A DNA stretch of 63,682 nt, the filler included, from Octopus bimaculoides (Eukaryota): the NCBI RefSeq assembly GCF_001194135.2. It is 11 parts of 10 records of this genome, joined end to end, with 100 filler letters (N's around TTAATTAATTAA, not from the genome) between each part and the next. Parts side by side here need not be neighbours in the genome. Positions count along the whole stretch, not along the records: positions 1 to 22,032 come from NC_068984.1; 10 more parts are not named here. The stretch is one strand, 5' to 3'. The stretch's first letter is position 1; every line of letters starts with the position of its first letter. Shown here piece after piece: positions 1-13,002 of this stretch. The notes beneath the pieces were generated by a model. That model worked only from the letters and a program-made list of their open reading frames with translations, had not been told where the DNA came from and did no database searches. Both the position numbers and the translations under genes were made by a program.

Positions 1-35
<35 letters not shown>

Positions 36-848
36 TTACAAATCTATAGGTACACATGTCTGTCTGTATCTGTACATACATTTCTATATAAAAGAGAGTC
101 TGGAAAATATAGTTGGAGATATGTATAGAAATATATCACATGATATATAAATATACACTGAAACACACACATATCATATACACACGCATATATTCATAGA
201 AAGATATATTTATAACATATATATAAATGTATATATATATGAACAAATCTTTGATCATCAGATAATTTTGATGTCGATCTTGTTTATTCTGTACTTGTTT
301 TTTTTTTCCTATCCTCTTTTCTTTCTGTTTGTTTATCCACATAGTTTCATGTTGATTTACATTCAGCATTATTTTCACAAATCACCGGTTTTAGCCAATA
401 CGCCGCCAGTATCTAATCTCGATGACAAATGGCTAGGCCTCTATGTAATATGGTTCCGCCAGCGTCCTATAGAACGGACACGTAGCAATACTGAGATATT
501 GGCTGGCAAGATTGAAGAACATCATATGATACTGTGTAATGCAAACCGTGTTTGATCAATATTGAGATTGCTTTTGATACGAACTGATCAAATATCTACA
601 GTGGAGAATTTTCTCCAGGCAACCTTTGCTATTGAAACAAACTTCTGACTCTGTTCTCTATTACTTATGAGTAGATCGTGTTATCTGGTTAAATTTTTTT
701 ATCAACCTAACTTGGCCCCTCTTCTTAGACAATGATAACAATGATATTCTTTATATACAATACACAAACTTCACATTATATGGATAGAGACACATACAGA
801 CATATATACATTCATACATTCATACAGACATATATGCATTCATATACA

Positions 849-885
<37 letters not shown>

Positions 886-1012
886 ATGTATGGCCAATAC
901 TAGTTTAAATTCTGTACGTGCCCGTCTTAGATTTTTGCCGTGTACTCATAGAGATGACTAAGCATATTTCCTTTCACATGATCGCAAAAATAGTCCATTT
1001 ACATACATACTT

Positions 1013-1055
<43 letters not shown>

Positions 1056-1093
1056 GCTATCTATATTTGTCCTGCCTCTCTCTCTCTCTCTCT

Positions 1094-1130
<37 letters not shown>

Positions 1131-1554
1131 ATATATATATATATATTTGTATATACAGGTATGTATGCATAGATTATATGCATGTGTACAGAAACACGTT
1201 TATTTTTGATACGAATGCAAGTGTTTATATGAAATAAATTAGTGCATATGTACATGTGTCTTGTTGCGTGTATATGCTACGTGCATACGCGTGCACGTAT
1301 ATATATATATATATCTGTGTGTTTATACTAGTCGCTGAATAAGTGCGTATGTTTGCTTAAGTAACACTCCGCTAGATGACGCGACATGTCTGAATTACAC
1401 ATATACACACATATACGCACGCAATTTCGCGTAAACACCAATATCACTGGGTTTTTTTTTTCGAATTTTATTTATTTTTTTTACTGTTGTTTGTTTATTA
1501 GATTGTATGGATTAGAAAGTAAATATCACAATAATATGGTCGATAATAGCAGCG

Positions 1555-1773
1555 ATGAGGATGATGATGTTCATGACGATGATGATGATGGTGGTGGTGG
1601 TGGTGGTGGTATGATGATGCTGATGGTGAAACTGATGATGCTGGTGTTTATAACAAAGAGGAAAAGCCTGGTGGAGATGATGATGATTATGATGGTGATG
1701 ACGATAATGATGATGATGATGAAGATGATGATGATGGTGATGATGATAATGTTGGTGGTGAGGATAATGGTGT

Positions 1774-1837
<64 letters not shown>

Positions 1838-2076
1838 AATGTTGGTGGTGAGGATAATGGTGTTGATGGTGCTAATGCTGGGGCAAATGATGAAGAGGTG
1901 GTGGACATGATGCTTATAACGACGTCGATGACGAAGGCGATGATGATGATGATGATGATGATGATGACGATGATGATGATGATGATGATTTTAATGATGT
2001 TGATGATGATGGCGATGATGATTTTGATGATGATGATGATTATGAAGATGACGACGATGACAATGATAGTGATGAT
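1555..2076. repeat. Compound (GAT/GGT)n trinucleotide array
   Basis: Direct reading; ends in an N gap. Confidence 0.95.
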
Positions 2077-2239
2077 GNNNNNNNNNNNNNNNNNNNNNNN
2101 NNNNNNNNNNNNNNNNNNNNNNNNNNNNNNNNNNNNNNNNNNNNNNNNNNNNNNNNNNNNNNNNNNNNNNNNNNNNNAGGCAAGAAAATGACGGGTACGT
2201 ATCTCTTAAGGAGAGCCCATCACCGGCCAAGTATATCGA

Positions 2240-2690
2240 ATGAACTAAAAGTCAGAGGGGGATGGGATAAGCTACTTGCATCAACTTGCTATAAAAGCAG
2301 GTAGTGATTTTACCTTCTACTTATTCTTAGTGCAAGTTTTGAAGAGTGCAGTTCGATTTTAACAGTTATGTCTTCAAAGCTATAATGGAAGGGGCAAACG
2401 AGCATATTCGGCATATTTCGCTTTATGAGTTCAATAAAGGCAACAACGCAACAAGAAGTGCGAGGAATATTAGTGCAGTATATGGGGATCGGACAATAAG
2501 CGTGAGCCAGTGTCAACGGTGGTTCCAGAACTTCTGAGCCGGAAACTATAGCCTTGAAGAAAAGCTTCGTCCTGGAAGATCTGTAGAGCTCGACGAAGAC
2601 GTCCTACAAACCCTGGAGGAACAAAATCCCATTGTAACTGTAGAGAAACTAGCAGAGAAGCTTGGATTTGTTCATTTAGCCAGACATTCA
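2240..2690 (+). mobile_element. Mariner transposon 5' relic (N-terminal HTH), pseudogenised
   Basis: ATG 2385: MEGANEHIRHISLYEFNKGNNATRSARNISAVYGDRTISVSQCQRWFQNF*AGNYSLEEKLRPGRSVELDEDVL..., a mariner HTH with an in-frame stop at 2535-2537. The 5' UTR is shared with the 17787-18423 copy. Confidence 0.88.
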
Positions 2691-4402
2691 CCTCAGCGCT
2701 GTAAGAAACTCAGAACTATAAGAAGCTTTGGTCGGCCCGAGGCTATAGTAGAAGATACATGTCCAAGGTGCTTCGCAGTGGCACCGAACCCGGAACCATG
2801 TGGTTGATAAGCAAGCTACTTACCACACGATTACACCTGCGTCCGTGTGTGTATGTATATATGTATATTATATATNNNNNNNNNNNNNNNNNNNNNNNNN
2901 NNNNNNNNNNNNNNNNNNNNNNNNNNNNNNNNNNNNNNNNNNNNNNNNNNNNNNNNNNNNNNNNNNNNNNNNNNNNNNNNNNNNNNNNNNNNNNNNNNNN
3001 NNNNNNNNNNNNNNNNNNNNNNNNNNNNNNNNNNNNNNNNNNNNNNNNNNNNNNNNNNNNNNNNNNNNNNNNNNNNNNNNNNNNNNNNNNNNNNNNNNNN
3101 NNNNNNNNNNNNNNNNNNNNNNNNNNNNNNNNNNNNNNNNNNNNNNNNNNNNNNNNNNNNNNNNNNNNNNNNNNNNNNNNNNNNNNNNNNNNNNNNNNNN
3201 NNNNNNNNNNNNNNNNNNNNNNNNNNNNNNNNNNNNNNNNNNNNNNNNNNNNNNNNNNNNNATATATACATATATATATATATATACATACACACACATA
3301 CATATATATCTATCTATCTTTCCATCTATATATATATACATACACACACATACATATATATATACATATATAGACACACATATATATATATACATATATA
3401 TATTTGTACATATATGTATATATATACATATATCCAAATCCACTCACAAGGCTTTGGTCAGCCGAGGCTATCGTAGAAGACACCTGCTCAAGGTGCCACG
3501 CAGTGGGAATGGACCCGGAACCATTTGGCTGGTAAGCAAGCTACTTACCACAAAGCCACATATGTAGATATGTGTGTATGTATGTGTATGTGTGTGTGTG
3601 TGTGTGCATGTGGTGCGTACGTGTATATTGCACACGCACACATAGATATGTATGTATGTATTGTACACGCACACATAGATATGTATGTATGTATGTATAT
3701 ATATACGCACACACATGTATATGTATACATGTGATTATCCACACACATACACAGTACTTATGTACTTATATACATATATGCACACGCACACACACATACA
3801 CACACAGTCATACACACACACACAGATGTCTATATATACGTTTACATAAAGACACACACGATTGATTTGCATAAGTCACAGCGTGTTATTACCACCCGTT
3901 ATTCATAATACAAAGTTTATTGACAAAAGCTTCTCTCATATAAGTTAAATTAAATACTGGGTATGAACTTTGACACTCTCACATTCTGCAGCTCTTTGTA
4001 ATATTCCGGCAAATATTCTTACATATCTCAGCTATGGTGCATATAAAGGCTGAGTAATTTGCATATAAGGAATCTTTATATGAAGACAGCAAGATGGCCG
4101 ACAGTAAGGATATTAAGTAGATAATCGAACGGCTGTGCGCACAACGGCTAAACGTTTCTCCGGGAAATTTTCATTGAAGCATTTGATAAATGCAACTGCC
4201 CATTTTGTGTGAATATGGTGGATAGTTAATTGTGTGAGTTTGGTGGGAATGAGGGTCACATGACTTCTGAACTTGCTCAAAACCGAGATGGTTGATTTCC
4301 TTTGGAAGCTAAATTGTTCCTTTCCTCGGAAATGACGTTTTCCATAATCAAAAGTATTTCCTACTCAGTTGAAACTTTTGAGTTGGTGTACATGCTCAAT
4401 AT

Positions 4403-4828
4403 GTGGCTACGTGGTATGAAGTTTGTTTCCCAACCGTATGGCTCCGGGTTCAGTCTCACCACGTGGCATCTTCAGGCAAGTGTCTTCTACTATAGCCTCG
4501 GGAGGACCAAAGTCTTGTGAGAGGACTTGGTGGACGGAAACTGAAAGAAACCCGTTCTACATACATACATACATACATACATGCATACATACATACATAC
4601 ATACATATATACATATATACATATATATTTTTGTGTGTGTGTCTTTGTGTATGTGTCTGTTCCCCCATCACCGCTTGACAACCGGTGTTAATGTGTTTCC
4701 GTCCCCGTAACTCAGCTGTTCGGCAAAAGAGTCATTAAGAATAAGTAGTAAGTCCTGGGGTTGATTTACTTGATTAAAACCCTTCAAGGCGGTGCTCCAG
4801 CATGGCTGCAGTTAAATGACTGGAACAG
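4403..4828 (+). mobile_element. SINE family B, full length
   Basis: Same architecture with an internal (CATA)n tract. Confidence 0.82.
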
Positions 4829-5118
4829 GAGAATAAGAGAATAGAAGAATATATATAAGCTATGGGTTCATTAGAATTCGGGAATATACTGCAGTTATTC
4901 GTCTGCGTTAAGGCGCAATTAAATTAGACATGATGCAGGCTTTTATGGTTTCCAGAAATAAGAGTGAGAGAAAAAGAGAGAGAGAGAGAGAGGGGGAGAG
5001 GGGAGAGAGGGAGAAAGAAAGAGAAGAGAGAAGGAATATTAGGACTGATTCTTTGTTAAAAATGTCTTTGGTAAAATATTCTCTCACCACTTGTTCCATC
5101 TTCACTTAAGACCGCTTT

Positions 5119-5497
5119 GTTACCTCCGCCTTAGCGAAGGTGCAGGTATTATTTTTCAGTCGTGTTTGTTTGTTTGTTCATGGACAAGATATCCCAAGAA
5201 ACCACTGGATGGATTCGTATGAAACTTTTAGGGATATTTGGCCTCGTGACAGGCACGAGCTGATAAGATTTTGGGATCGTTTTGGTACCGGACAAGGATT
5301 CTGGATTATTTTTCCTGTTTTTTTTTTCTTTATTTACTTAATTTTTGAGAGTGGTCAGGTTCATTTCTAGTATTCTCATTTGTGAAAGCAGTCGAGTTTA
5401 TTTCCGATATTCTCATTTTAAAAATCATCTCCGGCTAATTGTTGAAAGGACGTTGGTGTCGCCTTGGCGGAAGTTTGCACTCTCTGATGCTCTAGTT
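5119..5497 (+). mobile_element. Helentron-type non-autonomous element (HINE/DINE-1-like)
   Basis: 5' ACCTCCGCCTT-agcg-AAGGTGCAGGT hairpin. Inverted sub-terminal match GGCGGAAGT near the 3' end, then stem-loop GCACTC-tct-GATGC and terminal TCTAGTT, with T-rich flanks. Confidence 0.65.
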
Positions 5498-5663
5498 CTG
5501 TAGTGCCATTACTTAATTTTTCTATTACTCTAAACTCCTTAACAGCAACAACAAAATAAAATCCTTGCGTCATTTAAATGTTTGAATCTGCGTTATATTC
5601 CTAATGTGGCACTGACCACAGATTGCTATAAGCATTATTATTCTAAGCTTCCAAGATAGCATT

Positions 5664-5876
5664 TTAAAACTGTTCGTTATTTTCTAATGCATCAAGAGAA
5701 ATGCATGTGTCTTTGAAACTGGGCATAATTTCCCCTGCAGGAGATTTCAGATCATCATAGCTTTTTGCTATTGGAATATGAAGCAACGTAGGTTTTGCTT
5801 CAGGCACATAATGCATGCGAAGGAGAAATTCTTCAGCGTCTCTTTGGCGATGTGTTTGAACAATTATTGGAGAACG
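5664..5876 (-). pseudogene. Possible Helitron Rep/Hel fragment
   Basis: 70-aa frame ...RMHYVP...LLHIPIAKSYDDLKSPAGEIMPSFKDTCISLDALENNEQF*NAILEA resembles the Helitron segment LLxHVxGxTSFxDLRTVxG..TFxEACxxLGLLExD.EW...LxEA. Judged by eye only. Confidence 0.42.
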
Positions 5877-6487
5877 TTAGATCCCTTTATCATTTGTATT
5901 GATAAATAAAAAATAAAAAAATTTCCTTTTTCGCTCAGGAAAACACTTTTCCTAATTTGCAATAGAAAAAAAAATCTTTTGTATAGGAATGTCGTTTTAA
6001 ATGTGAAGAGTGAATAAAATTTGTAGTGAAAAAGATTAAAAAGAAATGTAAAATAAGACTAAAATTTGTAGTACCAAAGATATGCAGAAATGTAAAAGGC
6101 TGATAATAAAAGAGAAGAAGAAACTGGAATATGTTCCATGCTGTCTTGTTGTTGGGCATTTTGTTGCTTTCAGAGGAAATTTCACAGGGGAAGAATTTAC
6201 TTCAGCACAAGTTAAGGTGAAAGTTACTCTTCGCAGAAAAGTGAGTCTTTCCCAAGAAAAACGGAATTATGAAGGGACTGAAATATTCAAAATGGTGACA
6301 TTGTAAATGATGAACAGTAGAATATTTACTGGAAGCTATAAATCATTCCAAGGTGACGACAGTACATGTTGGATCGCTGTAAAATTTTGTAAATAATGAA
6401 GAAAGAAACAAAGCATTCGTACCCATCTTGAGAACCCTGCTGTACTCTTTCACCACAGCTTTCTCTCGCTCTTACTTCCTGTTTCTG

Positions 6488-6652
6488 CTGTATTTGAAAG
6501 GGCAAGCCTTGTCACTCTGTGTCACGCTGAATCTCGTTAAGGGTACGCGTGCCTGTGGAGTGCTGAGCCACTTGCACGTTAATTTCTCGAGCAAGCTGTT
6601 CCGTTGATCGGATCAACTGGAACTCTCGTCGTCGCAGCCGACGGAGTGCCAA
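6488..6652 (+). mobile_element. SINE family C, 3' half
   Basis: CTTGTCACTCTGTGTCACGCTGAATC...CTCGTCGTCGCAGCCGACGGAGTGCC. Confidence 0.8.
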
Positions 6653-9600
6653 CCAACCAATGTATGCCAGTATGTATTATACTCATGTTTCTAAAGATGC
6701 ACACACACACGCGCACACGCCACCCCCACCCACACACACCTATATATATATGTTGTATAGTGACTCCATTTGTACAATGTGTATGGTATACCTGGATGCC
6801 GTGCCAGGTATAATAAGTTTTACTGCAAGATTAAGTCTTTACATTTGTGCATTAAAAACGGTTTTGTTTAAATTCTATATATATATATATTCTGTGTGAC
6901 AGAATAGTCTTGAAGCAAGGTATTGTTAGCGTTCCAATAATTTCATGCACAGAAGCAATGCCGTTTTTTGGAGCAACTCCTTCTGCATCTTCAACTTTTC
7001 ATGACATTGAATGCAATTTGATGAAACGATGAAAACTCATATATCATAAACAGCATCAAAAATAATGAGATGAGCGCATCAGCTGCTGAACCAGTGCAGA
7101 AGCACTATGCCGATTATTATTTCAAAAAAGAAACCGTTATAGCAACAGTAAGGAGAAGCAGCAATAAGAAACAGCACCTCTTTGTTTTAGCAGTTGTTTG
7201 TTGAGAGAATTGTTGCTAATTAACAGAATAATGATTTTTTTTAATGCCGCTTCCGATGTCTGCATATAGTAGAAGTAGCAGTAAACATCAGCAGCATCTT
7301 CGTTCTGGATATGTGAGAGGCAGTCTGATATGGACTTTATTTGACCTTGAGTCGATTCAGTACTGGTAGAGGATAAAGTATTTGTTTTTTCTTTACGAAG
7401 CAGTAGTTTAGTCTACGCGATGTCATTTCAGTAATGTTTCATATGTGTTGACGCTATTATGCATAATTAGAACCATCGTGGCCTATGGTTTTATAACCTT
7501 TCGGCGACTTGGATATGTTAGACGTATACGGCAAACAAAGATAGTATTTTCACCACTGATTTGGTTTTTCTCCCCAGAAACTACGATTAGCAATATTCGG
7601 AGAAGCTGGGGGAAAAAAAAACCCCTTCATTTTTGGCAAAGAGCTAGTAGAGCTAATTGCAAGTTTTGAAGGAAGCGTTCTTGTGGTTCGTATATAGTTT
7701 GAAAACATTGGTTGATTTCTTAAAATAAGGTAACATTTGATGTCTCTGGGCAATCGCTGCTCGACAATCATCACACCATACCTAGTTGATGACTGTAGAA
7801 GGTTTCCTTCAGGTTTTGTCAGCATTGACATCGTAATGTCAGAGCGAGTATCGAAACATGTACAACACGAAGAACTACTGGTCTTATGAGTATTTCGGAG
7901 AATAGCAGAGAATCTATATAAAGTTCGAGGAATGAGGTGGGAGGGAGGTAGAATGTTTTAAATCTGGTCATCTAGATGACTGAAGCAAAGTTAAATAATG
8001 GTTATTGGAGGAATTGCTGTCTGTTACATCAGTAGGTTATCAAATTTGTTGTAGTCAAGATCGCCAATGTCTCCTATTTTGAATTATGTACCAAAAAATA
8101 TTAGTTTTTGTGTTTGCTTCGTTGTAATTTTCAGTAGAGGAAGGCATTAAGAAGGAAAAAAACCAAGTAAATCCTCTTACACTGTAAATGATATTTCTTT
8201 CTTGTGACATACCATAAAGCCGAATTTTGTCAGCGGAGCGTGTTAAGTGTATGTGTTTGTTCTATATATACACTTTGGATCTCGGTGTTATGCATGATAA
8301 ATTCGATCTCAGCTAATTTTATTCAGAAAAAGGGGAGAAAAAGCTAAATACTTGCATGGATATGCTCAGCGCTCTTCTGCTTATTCCCAATTACTGCTTC
8401 TTGTATATAGCCTCAGTGTCGTCATGTAACTTGAGTGCTATATACTTATTGTGTGGCTGTTCATTAAGTGATATAGAAGGTATTTCCAATGAATATTAGA
8501 TAAACAAGAATCTTAAAACCCAATCTAAATTAGAGCTCAAGACAGGATTTAACCTATCCAAATAATAGGATATGTGATCAATTTAAATGGGAACAATCGT
8601 CATAGAATAAGTAACACGGGAATACTGAGAATCATTGCGATGCTTTAATTGAAAAGTTTGGTAATTAGAAACAATGTTGTAGTTCGGTAAACTAGTTTAC
8701 TGTACCGTTTGATTGTATCGAGAATTCTAGAAGGTGAAGTTTCTTGCTTTCGCTGTGTCTTTTCCAGCATATTACTTTACATGAATAAGAGATTATCCAG
8801 CTGCATGCCAGGCAGCATTCCCCGTAGTAAATGACATGCTATAAACCTGTGCTAGGAAATATTTACGAGGTACTCAAAGAAAGGATATTCATGTTTATGT
8901 GTTATATATCCATCAACGTCTCATTCTTATTGATACCAGAAAACAACGATTAAAGGTTCAATTTATCATTTAAGCGTTTAATTATTATCATATTTCTGAT
9001 ATATGAGAGAAAGGGAAAAGCAAGAGAAAGAAAAACAGGGAGAAAAGTTAAGAGAAATAGGGGCACGACTGAAGCGTTTGTCGAAAGTAGGAAAAAACAC
9101 CGAAATAATGCAGTGATTTTGCATGTTGGAAGGATAACTGGCAAGCTCGGTCAACCTTTGAACTTTAGGGACCCTGTCCAACGTTTCTTTTCTCAAATTG
9201 GGCTTTTTATTACATACATTAGGTTAATGTAATAAAATACCGCAATATATTACAGTTCTGGAATCCATTAAAACGCGAGTAGATATTTATGGATATAAAA
9301 TATGACAAGAACAAATATAATTTATTTTAACCTAGACGTTAATCAATTTTAGGCTTTTATCAGTCAATGCTATTTTCAAATTACTACTGTCCAATGCCGA
9401 TATTCTTCGACATATTAACTATTCTTTTTTTTTTAATTCACGGATTTCAGTTTTCATAAAGAAATTTTAGATTACAGTTTATGGTAATAATATGTTGAGT
9501 CAGCAGGAACATATACCGGACATGTTTGGAGATTAATCCTCTTAATTTATCTTTTGCAGAATATTCTATTTAAAAGCCTATCGGGAAAATATATGCTTGA

Positions 9601-10003
9601 ACTTAATAGCTTATGGAAGAAAAAAGAAAGGAGCTGCTACCATAGTAAGTATTTTTTTCCCTAGTGAACATGTTATACTGTACGTTGGATGGTGCATTGT
9701 CCTAACCGAGTCTTACATAAAATCCGTATCTAAACGATGTAAAACTAAAGGCAACTCTCATACAATTGCATCTCATATGTATATTCTGAAATAAAACATT
9801 GCAAGTGACAGCTTCAAACACATAAGCTGTAAGACTTAAATTAACCAAATTCTTTCAATATGTAAACGGTTGAAACACAGTTCAGTTGTATCTGAAAATG
9901 CTATTAACTGATGCTAATTCATCAAACAAGAATTTCCCCAAAGCATTTTATTGAGCATAACTACAATTACTAAATTATGGTATATTTTGGATTACATACA
10001 TAC

Positions 10004-10041
<38 letters not shown>

Positions 10042-10763
10042 NNNNNNNNNNNNNNNNNNNNNNNNNNNNNNNNNNNNNNNNNNNNNNNNNNNNNNNNNNN
10101 NNNNNNNNNNNNNNNNNNNNNNNNNNNNNNNNNNNNNNNNNNNNNNNNNNNNNNNNNNNNNNNNNNNNNNNNNNNNNNNNNNNNNNNNNNNNNNNNNNNN
10201 NNNNNNNNNNNNNNNNNNNNNNNNNNNNNNNNNNNNNNNNNNNNNNNNNNNNNNNNNNNNNNNNNNNNNNNNNNNNNNNNNNNNNNNNNNNNNNNNNNNN
10301 NNNNNNNNNNNNNNNNNNNNNNNNNNNNNNNNNNNNNNNNNNNNNNNNNNNNNNNNNNNNNNNNNNNNNNNNNNNNNNNNNNNNNNNNNNNNNNNNNNNN
10401 NNNNNNNNNNNNNNNNNNNNNNNNNNNNNNNNNNNNNNNNNNNNNNNNNNNNNNNNNNNNNNNNNNNNNNNNNNNNNNNNNNNNNNNNNNNNNNNNNNNN
10501 NNNNNNNNNNNNNNNNNNNNNNNNNNNNNNNNNNNNNNNNNNNNNNNNNNNNNNNNNNNNNNNNNNNNNNNNNNNNNNNNNNNNNNNNNNNNNNNNNNNN
10601 NNNNNNNNNNNNNNNNNNNNNNNNNNNNNNNNNNNNNNNNNNNNNNNNNNNNNNNNNNNNNNNNNNNNNNNNNNNNNNNNNNNNNNNNNNNNNNNNNNNN
10701 NNNNNNNNNNNNNNNNNNNNNNNNNNNNNNNNNNNNNNNNNNNNNNNNNNNNNNNNNNNNNNN

Positions 10764-10804
<41 letters not shown>

Positions 10805-10947
10805 TGTGTCTTTGTTCTTCTTTGATGCATATTGCTAGTGGAGGTGTCAGAGAGAAAAATGGCATGATCAGGTTCAAACTTCGATCATGTGACCGCAATA
10901 GTACCAGTCATAAGCACGGATGCGCAGAAGACAGTGTGACAATAAGT

Positions 10948-11093
10948 CTGAGTTCAAATTCCGTCGAGGTCAACTTTGCCTTTCATCCTTTCGGGGTTGA
11001 TAAATTAAGTGCCAGTTGCGTACTGGGGGCGATCTAATCGACTGGCCCCTTACCCCAAAATTTCGGGCCTTGTGCCTAGAGTACAAAAGAATA
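10948..11093 (+). mobile_element. SINE family A, 5' truncated, tail-2 variant
   Basis: B box and central domain, then CCCCAAAATTTCGGGCCTTGTGCCTAGAGTACAAAAGAAT. Confidence 0.8.
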
Positions 11094-11221
11094 ATAAAAA
11101 TTTGACTTCCCCTCGTATATATATATATATATATATATATAGAGANNNNNNNNNNTTACCCCAAAATTTCGGGCCTTGTGCCTAGAGTACAAAAGAATAA
11201 TAAAAATTTGACTTCCCCTCG

Positions 11222-11258
<37 letters not shown>

Positions 11259-11259
<1 letters not shown>

Positions 11260-11443
11260 TATTCGCCATGATAGATCGCTGACTACTACACATTTTTTTC
11301 TCTCCTTGTTTCTTTCTGTGTTCCTTTCTGTTGAAGAGCGTAGGCTCGAAACGTTAAAGACTTTCTCTATTCCCGAGCGTTATACTAATAGATCCGTTTG
11401 TTGTCTACACCACCTGTCTTCGTCTGTTGTTTTTTCGTGGTCT

Positions 11444-11446
<3 letters not shown>
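11259..11446 (+). mobile_element. Short microsatellite-embedded element with hammerhead-like motif (family H, copy 1)
   Basis: Flanked by (TA)n(GA)n and (TA)n. Motif 11324-11359: CTTT-CTGTTGAA-GAGC/GTAG/GCTC-GAAAC GTT-AAAG. Homologous to 46336-46472 and 53915-54087. Confidence 0.6.
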
Positions 11447-11490
<44 letters not shown>

Positions 11491-11902
11491 AAATTAAATA
11501 ATGAAGTAGATATAATCCACACTATCTATGTTTCATAGCTAGCAGAACTTCGGAAGCAGTAGTTATCCAACCGAGGGGTAATCCACTAGCAACTCTTCGG
11601 GTCTAAGATACCGTAATGAAATGAAGTTTACATTGTCGTCAAGGGATACCATATTAACTAGCAGGATATTTGATCGAAAATGCGTGGAAAGCAGAGAGTG
11701 AGAGAAGAAAAGAGAAAACATATTTGAGAACAAGTCATATAGGGTAGTGGGTGAATGTATAAATTTGTTAAGAAGAAGAATAACAATACGAATAAAGAAA
11801 GAGAGAGAGAGGGACGCGTAGGGGAAATAATTTGATATTATTGAAGATGGCAAGGAAAATGTCGTTGTGAATTTTGGATGGGATAATTTACTGGATCGAC
11901 TG

Positions 11903-12134
11903 GGCGGCGAGCTGGCAGAATCGTTAGCACAGAGGGCGAAATGCTTAGCGGTATTTTGTGTGCCGCTACGTTCTGAGTTCAAATTCCGCCGAGGTCGACT
12001 TTGCCTTTCATCCTTTCGTGGTCGATTAAGCAAGTACCAGTTACGTACTGGAGTCGATGTAGCCGACTTAATCCCTTTGTCTGTCCTTGTGTGTCCCCTC
12101 TATGTTTAGCCCTACTGTGGGCAATAAAGAAATA
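11903..12134 (+). mobile_element. SINE family A, full length
   Basis: High identity by eye to 62593-62825. Confidence 0.85.
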
Positions 12135-12567
12135 AACAAGTAATATTGTGACACCCTTTAAGTACATATAAACAGAGTGAAAGAAAAAGAAGATATAGGA
12201 GTGGTATTAAGTTGGAATTTGTTAAGAGAGCGAAAGAAGAGGAGAGGAATGTGGCAGATAATGTTTTTGGTCAGTAGGGGAACATAGGAGTTCTAGGTAA
12301 GTTGGTAATTTATCGCTTAATTTTGAAACTATACAAACGCATATTAGCGCACACGCGCATATATTTTGTGTGCCTATAGTATTTAGTAGGTGTGTATGCG
12401 CGCGTGGACGCTATATATATACATATTAATATTTCTCAGTCTCTGTAAAGGAGACTTAGAAATATTAATATTTTTATTTTTGAAAACCAGTGGATGTATT
12501 CCACTGAATTTAGGTAAATAATCCTTCGTACAGACGGTCAGTAGCGACGCCTGCTGGGTTCGGCTGC

Positions 12568-12610
12568 TCTACATTGATAAAGGAGAAATACCCCGAAACT
12601 AGTCTGTAGA
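12568..12610 (+). ncRNA. Degenerate minimal hammerhead-like motif
   Basis: TCTACA - TTGATAAA - GGAG/AAATA/CCCC - GAAAC TA GTC^ - TGTAGA. Perfect 6-bp stem I. The core has two changes from CUGAUGA(A). Confidence 0.5.
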
Positions 12611-12768
12611 TACCAGACCAGCAAGGGGAAACGGCTGACCTCCCCTGTTTGAAGGTTATAATGGATACAAGTTCGTGTGTCACATAGCTAGCTAGAGGCG
12701 ATGGCCTCTTGGAACTAATCAACGGCAGCATTCGTCCTAGTTTTTAGACTGCCATGTTGGCATATATA

Positions 12769-13002
12769 CAGGGTTGGCCAAAAGCCACGCGACAGTAGAT
12801 CAAAATTCCTTAAATATTTAATATTCAATTTTATTTATTCATTTGGGAAAATGTGTCGCTCAAGAAGGACTTCAGTTTGAACAATTTTCATGTTGTTTCA
12901 TATTTTAGATGGCTTTATTAAATTCATTCAGTTGTCAAACATGAATAAATCTTGGAATTAAATGGTTTTGATTTACTGTGAGGTGACTTTTGGGGGACCC
13001 TG
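12769..13002. mobile_element. 234-bp Tc1/mariner-type MITE
   Basis: TA|CAGGGTTGGCCAAAAGCCAC at the left end and, on the opposite strand, TA|CAGGGTCCCCCAAAAGTCAC at the right end. No coding capacity. Confidence 0.72.

Noticed and set aside
1386-2230. Met/Asp/His-rich ORFs from (GAT)n arrays (also 52738-53338) and IYIY/HTHT/VCVC ORFs throughout
   Set aside because: Simple-repeat translations with no domain content.
4090-4101. YY1-like motif CAAGATGGCCG
   Set aside because: A single short motif with no associated gene or element boundary.
9951-10898. Long ORFs spanning N gaps (also 2743-3567, 24142-25493, 40440-41007, 43806-44514, 50731-51312, 52105-52804)
   Set aside because: They are open only because N has no stop codons; the real parts are microsatellite translations.
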